A DNA stretch of 64,000 nt, taken from an uncultured delta proteobacterium (lineage in GTDB: Bacteria > Desulfobacterota > Syntrophorhabdia > Syntrophorhabdales > WCHB1-27). A model generated the notes under the pieces. That model was not told the origin of the DNA. It searched no databases and saw nothing but the letters and a program-made list of their open reading frames with translations. Positions 9,495 through 19,602 of the stretch are shown here, piece after piece; position 1 is the first letter of the stretch, and each line of letters opens with the position of its first letter. Where the stretch lies: the NCBI GenBank assembly GCA_963810935.1, contig CAWEPK010000008.1:704001-768000 (forward strand). Reading direction: 5' to 3'. The position numbers and the translations under genes are program-made.

Positions 9495-11635
9495 TTTCCC
9501 ACCGAATTCAACTGCTGAGGAGATTGCTTCGTAGTCCAGTAACCAAAACCTATCATGAACAATCCGACAGGAATAGTCACGATATTGCCCCATCCTGTTG
9601 CGACACCAGCCTCAATTAGTTCGCAGCCAGCCACTATGAGTCCCGCCCCACCCACTATCATGGTCCCTTTTGCAAGTGTTTGCGAGGCTGTGGAAGGCAC
9701 ATTAATATTTCCCTGCGAATTTGAACTCGTTGCATCAGTTCGTACGTCACCTATGTCTGAGATTTCGTTACGCGCCAGATATACCTTGTTAAGGGCCTGT
9801 ATCTGATCTCCGCCCTGATCAGGAGACAAGCTGGATATCGTCTTAGCCTGAGCCGCCTGAACCTGTTGCTGTTGGCCGCTTTGAACCAGAGAGCTCAGCG
9901 TATAGGCCCCGACGTAGGCAGTTACTGTTGCTAGTCCATAATCTGCTAGACCTTCACGTCCTCCGCGTGCGCACGCTACCACGCCGCCTCCTAACAGACC
10001 CCCTGTCCATACGCCCGCTGCCATCTCCGCTCCACCTTCGGCCCCGGAGAGCATGCTCTGTCCTATATTTCCTCCGTTGAAACCAGCGTTCATGCCGCCT
10101 GCTACTGCACCAGCCGCAGTGCCGGCGATAACAGCACCAGCAAACTGTCCAGCGAGCACAGTCCCTGCACTGCAATATCCGGCAGAACCTTCAATTACGG
10201 AGGTCATGGCAGGGGTCGCCGTTCCGAACGAACTCCACCCCACCCAAGCGGCAGCCGCACCTATAGCCATTCCTTCAAAAACATTCCCACCATGGACCGC
10301 CGCCAGTACGCCCCCAACCACCGCTCCAATAACAGCGGCGCAGAGATCATCCAGTCCGAACCAATGTCCGCTCGGATCAGTATACACCACCGGGTTATTC
10401 AAACAGTAGCTATACCTGTTATAGCTCTGCAGGTCCCCCGGGTCGGGGATTACACTGTCCGCCGATAAGAACCTCCCCAGTACCGGGTCGTAAAGCCTTG
10501 CCTTGAAGTTGTAGAGCCCTACCTCGTCATCGCTCTCCTGATCGGTAAAGGTGTAGTTAACATCGGGGAAGGAAGTACTGTAGTATGACCTCTCCCTAAG
10601 TGAGCCGAAGGGGAAGTATTCTATCTTCTCCTGGATGGCGCCTGCCTGGTCGGTGACTATTGACGCAGAGCCCAGGTGGTCGGGGTGGTAGTATTGCTCG
10701 TAGCCGTCCGTGCGGATGGAGGCCACCCTCTGGCTGCCTGCAAAGAGGTGGATAACGCCTACGGCGCCTCCCGAGGTCGTCCTCTCCTCGTATACCTCCC
10801 CGAAATAGAGAACGGTAGTGGAGGGACCTGTCTTCTTGATCCTCTGCCCGCTGCCGTCATAGGTATAGGTAAGATAGTTGTTGACCCCGTTCTTTGATAT
10901 GGAGACGGGCATGTTGTCCTGGTTGTACGTGAAGCTTAAGGTGTCCCCTCCGGACACGGCCTTCTGGGTCATGTTGCCGTTGGCGTCGTACTGCATGGTG
11001 ATGTTGCCTGCGGACAGCACCGCATGGGGTTGGCTGCCGTAGTTGTACGTGTAGCTGCCTACGTCGGACTTGCAGAGGATGTTGCCTATGGGGTCATAGG
11101 CATAGGTCTGGCTGTAGGTGAAGGCCCCCGCCCCGCTGACTGAGGTGAGACGGTACAGGTTGTCGTAAGCATAAGAATGGGTGAGGCCGGCAAGGGTGTC
11201 CGTCTTTGTGGAGAGGTTGCCCCTCGGATCGAAGGCATAGTGAGAGGTTCTGGTAGGTGGTCGCCGTGCTTCCCTGGACTTGCTGGGTGAGGAGGGTGGC
11301 AATCCTGGCCGTGGCGGGGTTGTATGTGTAGTTAGACACCACCGAGACATTGTTGGGCTTGGGCAGGGTAGCCGTCCCGTACTGGCCCAGGGCCGTGAAG
11401 TTGGAGTATTGGGAGATATACCTCGAGAAGGTATTGTCATAGAGAGAGAGGAGGTTGCCGGCAGGGTCGTAGGCATACGTGTAGGTCCTTACGGATTGGG
11501 TGTTCGGGAAGTACGAGATCTGGTATGTCCTCCCGGCAGAGTCGTAACTCTTGGCTATGGCTACAGGGTTCGATCCTATGTTCTTCTGACTCTGAGCGAC
11601 CCTCTGCATGATGTCGAAGCCGAGTACCAACCAAT
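9491..11635 (-). pseudogene. Rhs/YD-repeat polymorphic toxin, 5'-truncated and frameshifted near 11240
   Basis: YD repeats, ARLYDPVLGRFLSAD, core end YSYCLNNPVVYTDPSG then a Gly-zipper C-terminal domain; YD repeats continue upstream in ORF 11094..11630 in another frame; no plausible N-terminus. Confidence 0.88.
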
Positions 11636-11660
11636 CGGACCCGACCGCCCATCTTACCTG

Positions 11661-13572
11661 CTAATACTTGATACCCCTTACCCGGTATACAAAATCGTAT
11701 GCCAGGATATCTTCCCACTGATATCCTTTGGACGTGGAGCGCGTATCGTCCGCTCCGCTGTACGATTTGCCGGGTATGAAAAACCAATTCAGCACCGCCT
11801 CGCCCGAATGGCGCAGCACTATCCAGTGCTTCCCTTCCGGCAGCATAGTCTCGTGCGCCCCCTCGGGGAAGGCGAACGTCATCCACGAATAGCCCGGCTT
11901 GCGCGCGAACGTATCGAGGAATACGGGCAGAGAGCGGACGCCCTTAAGGGCCGGCTTGCCGCCTTGGTCCGCGACGAGGTCCATATAGAGCGTGCCGTCG
12001 CCGCCGAACTTATGCATCGCCAGCGCCACCTCGCGTACACGCATGGGCGCGTCGATGGTGAACGCCTGTGCATAGACGTAAGTCGATGTGACGTACTCGG
12101 CAGTCTCCGCGTCGAGCAGCTTCAACCCCCTTCCGCCGGAGATGCTGTACGTTGCAACGAGGCTCGGAAACTCCATGTTGCCGAAGACTACTTCCCTCGG
12201 CGCCGACGGCGGGCGCACGACAGGCGGCTTTTGAGCAACAGGTCCCGGCGGCTGCGGCGGCACTACAGGCTTTACAACGAAGGGCGCAACGGGCGGCTTG
12301 GGCGGCGTCACGGGCGGCTTTTGTATGCCGGGGGCGTGGCCCGCGGACCCGGCCGTCGCCCCTGCGGCCCCGGTTGACCCTGCCGCAGCCTCCCGCCTCT
12401 GCCCCCTGCCCTTCAGGCGGACCTGCTGAAGTCACGCCCGTCGGCATCTCCGGCAGTCCGGCGAACGCCTGAAGGTCGTTGCTCATCACGTACGACTTCG
12501 GCGCGTCCTGCATCAGCACGGGATGCACCTTGACCGCGTCCTCCAGGAAGCGCGCGTCGATTATGCTCGTATAGGCAGGGGCGTAAGGAATGCCCGTCCA
12601 GCTTTCGGCAATCTCGCTCGTGTCCGTTCCGTGGGACTCCTTCACGTGGCGCGTAGATGTGAACTGCTTTGACTGCTTGGGGTCGTAGGAGAGCCAGCCG
12701 AGGTCCGGGAAATAGACCTCAATCCACGCGTGGCCTCCCTTGCCCATCGTCTGCACGAGGCTCCGCACACCGTCCATCGGCACCTTGAGCTGCTTATCGA
12801 GGGTCGTCCCACCGACCACGCGCGCGGGGATGCCCGCGGCCCGCAGGAGCGCGGCGGAGAGATGGGCCGAGTTCGAGCAATTGCCCGACCGGTCGCGCAG
12901 CGTCGATACCGCGTCGTAGTTCATAGGGTTGAAAACGTACCTGATGTTGTCCGCCACGTAGTTGATGACAGCAGTCACCACCTGGAATTCCGTAATGGCG
13001 TTGCCGGCCAACTCCCGCGAGAGGGCCTGTACTTCCGGGCTGTCGACCTGCACGAGGGGAGTGCCCTTGAGGTATTGCCGCTCCGCGGCGCCCAGGCCTT
13101 TCAGGGGAAAGGACACCCTGCTCTCCATCTTGGCGAGGGTCGCTACCACGCGCGCATCGAACACGACTTTGATCTCAGGGTCCGTCTTCAGGTTGTACCA
13201 TGTGACTTTTCTGCGTAGGTTGCCGAGGCGGTCCTGCTCGTCCGAAACGCGGTCAGGCTTGGGCTTGATATCGAATTTGACGTTGCTGACCTTTTGCCCG
13301 AGCACCCGGTTGGAGAAGCTCGGCGGCACGGCCAGATCGACGGTAAGCTCCGAGAGCGGACGGTCTACGGTCCAGCGCATCTCCTTCGAGATGCGCAGCT
13401 CGCTTTCGAGCCGCCCCTCAAGGATGATCGTGTCGCAGTAAGCCGGCCGCGGTATGAGCGCAAAGGCGACGCAGAGGGCGGCGGCGGCGGCAAAGGCCAC
13501 CGACGCCGCACCTATTGCGCCGCCTGAAGCACCCCGCGCAGCGCCGCAGCCGCGCGGGCGGGATGATGCCAT
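11661..13572 (-). pseudogene. Secreted transglutaminase-like protein with Pro-rich linker and C-terminal domain; frameshift near 12395
   Basis: SGNCSN, GIPARVVGG, HAWIEVY, YDP triad in ORF 12010..13578; after GAGGCGGGAGGCT the sensible reading continues in the frame of ORF 11661..12311. Confidence 0.8.
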
Positions 13573-13574
13573 TC

Positions 13575-14519
13575 TCATTTCAATACGAAGGCGATCTTTG
13601 CGCCGGCGAGGAAGTTCGTCTTCTGGTTCGCCGTGAAGATCCTGGCCGCGTCATCGTCCGTGACCTGCAGGTCCGTCGGTCCTGCCGTCCCGGCCGCTCT
13701 GACTATCAGCGGGTTGCGGACGCCCCTTCCCTGGAGAGCGCTTTTCGCCTTATCCACACTGTTCGTATATTCACCACAGCCCTTCTCGACGAGTATCTTC
13801 TGCGCCACTCGCGACGGGTCGTAGAGCACCTGGCCCTTGACCGTGAATATCCGGTTGATCAGGGCGGGCCGGAACGCCTGGCCGGTCGCGTCGATTATCA
13901 CGCCGTCATACGACTCTACGGGAATCGGCGTCACAACGGGACGCGGGGCCACCGGAGGGGCCGGGGTATTTATCATGGGCGCGATGGCCGGGTCGCCCAT
14001 GAGCCGCCTGTACATCACGTCACTGAAGCTGGCCGGGCCGTTCAGGCCGACCTTGACCAGGACAGTCGCCGAGCCCTCGCGGTCGTTGTAGTCCTTGTAG
14101 ATCACCTGCGCGCCCTTAATGAAGGCGCTGACAGCGGACCTTACCGTATCGTACCTTACCTGCATGTCCCTCGTCGTCGTATCGCCGACTACGGCCACCC
14201 CGTCTAAGAACTGGGCGAGGTTCCTGTAGGCGATGACTTCGGCCGCGCGCTCCGCGGTAAGCCGCCTCTGGCCCAAGGTCGTTGCGCCTGTCGATGGGAG
14301 GCCCTGGCCCTCCATGACGATATAGCCGTCCGTAAAGGCCTGGGTTACCGTTTTCGTTATCGCAAGGCTCTCCTGGGCGAGCCATCTGTTAGTTGCCGCG
14401 AACCGCTCGTCCGCCTGCGAGATGCCGGTCTGTTGGGCAAAGGCGTTGCCCGCCACTGACGCAAGCGCGGCGAGTACAACGAAAGCGAGGACCGGGTGAA
14501 TGAACAGCGTCTTCTTCAT
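13575..14519 (-). CDS. Exported LPP20-like protein
   Basis: Signal peptide; AERAAEVIAYRNLA...GV.V...TT and YDGVIIDA...PAL motifs. Confidence 0.6.
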   Translation of the reverse strand: MKKTLFIHPVLAFVVLAALASVAGNAFAQQTGISQADERFAATNRWLAQESLAITKTVTQAFTDGYIVMEGQGLPSTGATTLGQRRLTAERAAEVIAYRNLAQFLDGVAVVGDTTTRDMQVRYDTVRSAVSAFIKGAQVIYKDYNDREGSATVLVKVGLNGPASFSDVMYRRLMGDPAIAPMINTPAPPVAPRPVVTPIPVESYDGVIIDATGQAFRPALINRIFTVKGQVLYDPSRVAQKILVEKGCGEYTNSVDKAKSALQGRGVRNPLIVRAAGTAGPTDLQVTDDDAARIFTANQKTNFLAGAKIAFVLK

Positions 14520-14536
14520 GGCAACCTCCTTCCTGC

Positions 14537-15739
14537 TTAATGACCATACATCTTCTGTTTCAGTGCCCTAACCGCAAGCACCGCGTCGGCCCCGGTAACC
14601 GGGTCGTCCACCCCGAAGGCGCCGCTCGTCTCCCCCTCCATCAGCCCGCGCGTAGTCGCGTTCATCACTGCGTTGTAGTAGCGCGACGTGGGCTTGATGT
14701 CTGTGAAGGGGGACTTGTCGTGCCCCAGGTAAGCGGACGCGATTTTCTCGTCCCGCGTGACCTTGATAAGAATATCTTCAAGGATGAAGGCCATCTCGCC
14801 CCGTTTGACCGCCTTTGCGCCCTGGAAGAGATAGGCCCCAGTGGTGCTGTCGTAGGACGGCTCCAGGCCCCTCAGGTTCCACCTCAGGACGGTGAGGATC
14901 TCGTCGCGCGCAGGGCTCGCCGCGATGTCGACGGGTACGGGCAGCGGATGGCGGCCGGATGTAGCCTTGAGGTTGAGCGCGTCAGGCCCCAGCTCGTGCG
15001 TCAAAAGCGAGGTAAGCTGTGCGCGGCTGACCGTCTCTTTGACCGCGAGCCGCTTGCCGAGGTCGGAGACAGTTACGCCCGCCATGGCGCGCACGGCGCG
15101 GTCCGTCCGCATCCATGCAGCATCGGCCTTCGGAATCCACCTGCTCTGGGTCTTGGCGTTGAGAACGGCCTTGAACCTGCCCTTGGCAGCGTCGAAGTCC
15201 AGGGCCTCTTTATAGGCCAGGCCCATGTAGTAGTCGGCTGCCTCCCTGCCCTCGTAGTAGGGCAGCTCGGCGTCCTTGACATTGGCACCGTCGGCGCGGT
15301 TGTAGGCAGCTTTCGCGGTCTTTATGAAGTCCGGCCTGGCGAGGATCGTCTGGGTACGTATCACGGCTATCGCATGGGCGAACTTGTCTGCGGCCGCGGA
15401 TGCCTGCGAGTCGGCTTTTTTCAGGGAGTCTTCCATCCGTTTTTCGATTGCCGCTCTGGCGGCTGCGTCGGGCGCGGCAACAGCCTCTTTCGCCGCGATG
15501 ATCGCCAAGCCGTCATGGGCCGGGGGCAAATTAGCCTGACAGTAAAGGGCGCGCTCAAGCCTGTTGCTCGCAGCCTGGAGGTCTCCCTTCTCGATCAGCT
15601 CCATGCCCTTGATGTAATGCAGCCGGGGGTTGTCCTCGGGGCCGGTGCACTTCGCCACCTTGCCGGCCGAACAGCCCCAGCCGCCCGCGAGCATAATCAA
15701 GACGACGAACATTATGCCGAACCTGCAGCCACTCCTCAT
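14537..15739 (-). CDS. Lipoprotein with TPR-like and S-layer homology (SLH) domains
   Basis: Lipobox-like GWGC; SPFTDI...GLMEG...F.VDDPVTGADA SLH-like end. Confidence 0.7.
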   Translation of the reverse strand: MRSGCRFGIMFVVLIMLAGGWGCSAGKVAKCTGPEDNPRLHYIKGMELIEKGDLQAASNRLERALYCQANLPPAHDGLAIIAAKEAVAAPDAAARAAIEKRMEDSLKKADSQASAAADKFAHAIAVIRTQTILARPDFIKTAKAAYNRADGANVKDAELPYYEGREAADYYMGLAYKEALDFDAAKGRFKAVLNAKTQSRWIPKADAAWMRTDRAVRAMAGVTVSDLGKRLAVKETVSRAQLTSLLTHELGPDALNLKATSGRHPLPVPVDIAASPARDEILTVLRWNLRGLEPSYDSTTGAYLFQGAKAVKRGEMAFILEDILIKVTRDEKIASAYLGHDKSPFTDIKPTSRYYNAVMNATTRGLMEGETSGAFGVDDPVTGADAVLAVRALKQKMYGH

Positions 15740-15797
15740 ATCGTCCTCCTTATAGATACCTGCCGAAAAGATACCGGCCTTTATCTCCGTTTCCGCG

Positions 15798-16928
15798 TCA
15801 GAATGAAATCCCTCGCGCTTTCAACGCTTTGCCCGCGCTGATGCTGCCCTGTCTTGCGGCAGTCATGAGGTCCTGGATCGCCTGTTGCCTGTTGCCGAGC
15901 CTGTCGTGCGTATTGCCTCTGTTATAGTAGGCCGCGGTGAAGCCGGGATCGAGCGACACGGCCTTGTCGAAGTCGGCGAGCGCCCGCTGGTAATCGCGCA
16001 GCCTGACATAGACGTCCCCCCGGTTGTTGAACGCCTGCGCGAAGCGTGGGTCGAGCGACACGGCCTTGTCGAAGTCGGCGAGCGCCCTCTGGTGCCTGCC
16101 GAGCCTGTTGTTGAGGTTTCCCCTGTTGTAGCGGATAGTCGCGACGTTGGGGCCAAGGGCGACCGCCCGGTCCAGGTCTCTGGCGGCCCGCGTGTAGTCG
16201 CTCAGCCGCGCGTAGCACTTCCCCCGGTTGTTGTAGGCCGGGGCGTATGCCGGGTTGATACTGATCGCCATATCGTACGCCTTTATTGCCTCGCGGAAAT
16301 CTCCCGCCATCTCGCTCGTGTATCCTTTTTCAAACCAATCGAGGGCCTTGAGGGCCCCTATATTCTTCTGGTATGCAGCCAGGGCCGGCCCTTTTACTGC
16401 ATCGTCCGAGGAAGCCAGGGCGCCCCTCAGCCTCTCGTTCTCGGCAAGCAGCGCGGAGACGTTCTTCCGCAGGTCTTCAAGCTCCCTCGTCTTCTCCACG
16501 TCTCTCCTGAGCCTGTCGATCGACCTCGCGATCTCGTCCGGGTCGGCGGCCACCCGCGCCTTCAGATAAAACAGGCGGCCGTCCCATTTCTCGGCGAGTA
16601 CCTCCGTCGAGACAACGCCCGCCGTGTACATGACGACCTGGTCGCTCGTTATCCTGAAATCCTTCACTTCCGTTCTGGTTTCGAGGTAGACGCCTATCTC
16701 TTCGAGTATGAGCCTCTTTACCTCCCGCATGGCGCACGCCCTGCTCGAGTTCCTGCTGTCGTCGTCGCCGGCTTGGTACGTGTATTCCCTCTCGAAGGTC
16801 CGGGTTTCGGCGTTGGCCGGGCCGTAGAGGAAAAGGCCGAGCACGGCCCCTATAAGCACGGTCGCCATCCGCCTGGAGTTTATTTTGGAATGGGCTTCGG
16901 CACTGTGATGCGCTTCAGTCATCATCAA
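15798..16928 (-). CDS. Exported tetratricopeptide repeat protein
   Basis: Signal peptide and about five 34-aa AYNNRG...ALADFDKA TPR units. Confidence 0.88.
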   Translation of the reverse strand: MMMTEAHHSAEAHSKINSRRMATVLIGAVLGLFLYGPANAETRTFEREYTYQAGDDDSRNSSRACAMREVKRLILEEIGVYLETRTEVKDFRITSDQVVMYTAGVVSTEVLAEKWDGRLFYLKARVAADPDEIARSIDRLRRDVEKTRELEDLRKNVSALLAENERLRGALASSDDAVKGPALAAYQKNIGALKALDWFEKGYTSEMAGDFREAIKAYDMAISINPAYAPAYNNRGKCYARLSDYTRAARDLDRAVALGPNVATIRYNRGNLNNRLGRHQRALADFDKAVSLDPRFAQAFNNRGDVYVRLRDYQRALADFDKAVSLDPGFTAAYYNRGNTHDRLGNRQQAIQDLMTAARQGSISAGKALKARGISF

Positions 16929-17169
16929 CCCCCCATCTCTCTATTCGGGTGAAGCCATTAAACTACCTCTCGGTAGCGCGATATGACGACTGACCGGCAT
17001 CCGGCTTCTCGGCACGCCGAGAGCGGCAGCTGTAGCTTCTGCCTTTTTCCCGAGAGCCGACTAAAGTCATAATGCACGTCGCTGCTCGCTGTCAAGAACT
17101 ATTTGCAGTCCGAATAACCCCGAAAGCGCGTAATCACTCGACAATTTTGTCAGGTGCCCTTCCCTTCCC

Positions 17170-18282
17170 CTACTTTTTAGGCACCAGATAGCCGGCGGCC
17201 ATCGCCTGCCCGTAGTCGCGCATAAACTTCGAGCCTATCGCATCGAGCGGCGAGGATGTCATCCGCTCCCTGAAAACCACCACCTCCACGCCCGGCAGAA
17301 GGCTTTTGAGGGCATAAGCCAGGGGGATGCCGTTCTCGATGATCTCCAGGGCGTGGGAGTTGCCGACTATCACGGTCAGGCCGAGCTCTTTGGCCGCCTT
17401 GACGAGGGGATGGTCCTCCCTGGCGTGGCTGATCGACATGATCAGCGTATTGATCTCCGGGTACTGCTTCTTGAACTCCCGCACCTGCTGGGCGGTGAAG
17501 CCCGTGTGCGGGAAGATGTGCAGGACTGTGCCCACCGGGTTGTCGGCTGACCCGTTCATGATGTAGCCCGCAGCGGCGACGCTCGTCTCCTGGAGTGCCG
17601 GCGACTGGCGGTCCCTGCGTTCCGTCTCAAGCACGGCCTTCTCGCGGGCCAGGTCCGCGTACTCGTTGAGCCGCTTTATGATGTCGCCTGCCTTCTTTAC
17701 ACCGGGCAGGGGTTTGCCGACGAAGACGACGTTGCCAGGAATGCCGCCGTAAGCGACATCGACCTTGAAGGGCATGTGGCCGTGGATGATCGCTATGCCG
17801 GGATGGCGCCCGTGGAATGCCTCGTGCGCCTCGAAAACAGCCAGGTTATAAAGGCGCACGTAGCCGCGAAGGGGCACGCCGCCCGAGCTTGCCGCGTCAG
17901 CCACAGGGTGGTGGACGACGATTGCATCGACGCCGGTTGCGCCTGCAAGCTCGATGGCGCTCTCAGTCAAGGTCATGCCGACGGCGAGCTTGCGGACAGG
18001 GGCCTTCGGGTCGCCAACAACGAGCCCCGGCGTCTCTGTGATCGCCTTGCCCGGTATGTCGGAGCTTTTAGTCACGACGAACGGGTTGCCGGTGCCGAAA
18101 GGTATATCCGGCCTAACAATGCAGCCGCCGTTGGTGATTACATTGAGCGCCTGGAGCACGTCGCCGACGGTGGTCGCTTTCTCCTGCGCGAACACAGGCC
18201 CGCACGCACCGGCCGCCAGCACCGCAAGGGTTGCCATGATTAACGCCGAAAAAAGAACTATCGCGCCTTTCCTGAGAGACAT
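17170..18282 (-). CDS. Nif3-like dinuclear metal-centre protein with N-terminal signal peptide
   Basis: DAIVVHHP, HEAFH, GNSHALE motifs of NIF3 family. Confidence 0.7.
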   Translation of the reverse strand: MSLRKGAIVLFSALIMATLAVLAAGACGPVFAQEKATTVGDVLQALNVITNGGCIVRPDIPFGTGNPFVVTKSSDIPGKAITETPGLVVGDPKAPVRKLAVGMTLTESAIELAGATGVDAIVVHHPVADAASSGGVPLRGYVRLYNLAVFEAHEAFHGRHPGIAIIHGHMPFKVDVAYGGIPGNVVFVGKPLPGVKKAGDIIKRLNEYADLAREKAVLETERRDRQSPALQETSVAAAGYIMNGSADNPVGTVLHIFPHTGFTAQQVREFKKQYPEINTLIMSISHAREDHPLVKAAKELGLTVIVGNSHALEIIENGIPLAYALKSLLPGVEVVVFRERMTSSPLDAIGSKFMRDYGQAMAAGYLVPKK

Positions 18283-18430
18283 CCACTGCCTCCTAAAATC
18301 ATCAATGTATCGCTGCTCTATCGACCGGCGAATGACTAAGCCAATTCTATCATTGGGAAGGGCGGATGGTCGAGGGAAATCTGCATAGGCCGGGCCCGAA
18401 GTCTTTTGTTCCGGGCGATACAGAAAAACG

Positions 18431-18461
18431 TTGACAGCCCCGCCGTAACCGTTATAAGAAT
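18431..18461 (+). promoter_or_regulatory. Putative sigma70 promoter
   Basis: TTGACA at 18431-18436 and TATAAG/TAAGAAT at 18453-18461, immediately before the riboswitch-like leader. Confidence 0.5.
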
Positions 18462-18465
18462 AGAC

Positions 18466-18568
18466 ATCTCAAAAGCCAGACCACCCGAGCCGATGGGACG
18501 TAAAGCCAAACGGGCTTAAGACTAGCTCGCCTCGATCATCAACAACAAGAAAGCCTGACTGCCGAGCG
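18466..18568 (+). ncRNA. Degenerate c-di-GMP-I (GEMM-I) riboswitch
   Basis: AAAAGCCAGACC...GGGACGTAAAGCC...GGGCTTAAG...AAGCCTGACTGCCGAG follows the GEMM-I pattern (GGCAAACC/GGGACGCAAAGCC/GGGTCTAAG/AGCC..GCTGCCG) with several mismatches. Confidence 0.5.
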
Positions 18569-18767
18569 GTCTCCAAGGAGCGCCTCTGTGACAGGTGCGA
18601 TTCTCGCTTTAGTGCCTCAAGTGCGTTCCTTGCGTTTCGTCCTACCTCATGCCATGCACCCGTCTCCGGCGTCCGGGCATTACTTGCGGACAAGAGAAAC
18701 GGCAAAGGATACATCAGGAAAATAAGAGGCGCTCTCCGGAAACGATAAAAAAGGAGGGAATTAGAAC

Positions 18768-19556
18768 ATGAATGGAAAAGCAGTAGTCCTGGTAATGCTG
18801 GGGCTGATAACGCTGAGCGCTTGCGCGATGGGTCCGACAGCTCCGACCGTGATCGTGATGCCCGCACCCGGCGTCCCCCTTGAGAAGTTCCAGGCCGATG
18901 ACGTTGCGTGCAGGCAATGGGCCGACCAGCAGATAGGTGGGGCGTCGGCCGCCGATACGGCCAATCAGAGCGCCCTCAGGGGGGGCGTGCTGGGCACGCT
19001 CTTAGGGGCCGGCCTGGGGGCGGCAATCGGCGGCGCCACGGGCAATGCGGGCGCGGGGGCCGCAATCGGCGGCGCCACAGGTCTCGCCGGCGGTACCGCA
19101 GTGGGAAGCAACGCGGGCGCACAAGCGGCGGCCCAGCTCCAGAAGCGCTATGATATAGCTTACATGCAGTGCATGTATACAAAGGGACACCAGACCCCGG
19201 CAGGCTTCTCGCCGCAGCCCGTAAACCAGCAGGCAAGCGGAGCGGATGTCACGCCCCAGGCTGAAGCTCAGGCCCAAGTCCTCGAAGCCGATGCCGCCGA
19301 CTCAACGCCGATCGATGTAACGAAGATCGACTTCGGCAACGGGCAGGGGGCAAAACCGAAGACAAAGAGCGCTGCATCCAAACGTATCACGGAGGTACAG
19401 CAGTTGCTGAACCAAAAGGGATACGCAGTGGGCGCGCCCGACGGAAAAATGGGAGCGAAGACCAAAGCGGCCATCGTGAAGTTTCAGACCGATAAGAAGC
19501 TGAAGGTCACAGGCACGCCGACGACGGAAACCGTTAGCAAGCTGAAGGAGCCGTGA
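18768..19556 (+). CDS. Glycine-zipper lipoprotein with C-terminal peptidoglycan-binding domain
   Basis: LSAC lipobox, GxxxG zipper, VQQLLNQKGY...DGKMGAKTKAAIVKFQ PG_binding_1 motif. Confidence 0.85.
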   Translation: MNGKAVVLVMLGLITLSACAMGPTAPTVIVMPAPGVPLEKFQADDVACRQWADQQIGGASAADTANQSALRGGVLGTLLGAGLGAAIGGATGNAGAGAAIGGATGLAGGTAVGSNAGAQAAAQLQKRYDIAYMQCMYTKGHQTPAGFSPQPVNQQASGADVTPQAEAQAQVLEADAADSTPIDVTKIDFGNGQGAKPKTKSAASKRITEVQQLLNQKGYAVGAPDGKMGAKTKAAIVKFQTDKKLKVTGTPTTETVSKLKEP

Positions 19557-19602
19557 TCGCGCCCGAAGGCAGGAATGTGAAAAAGCGCAAGGAGGCAAGG
19601 AT

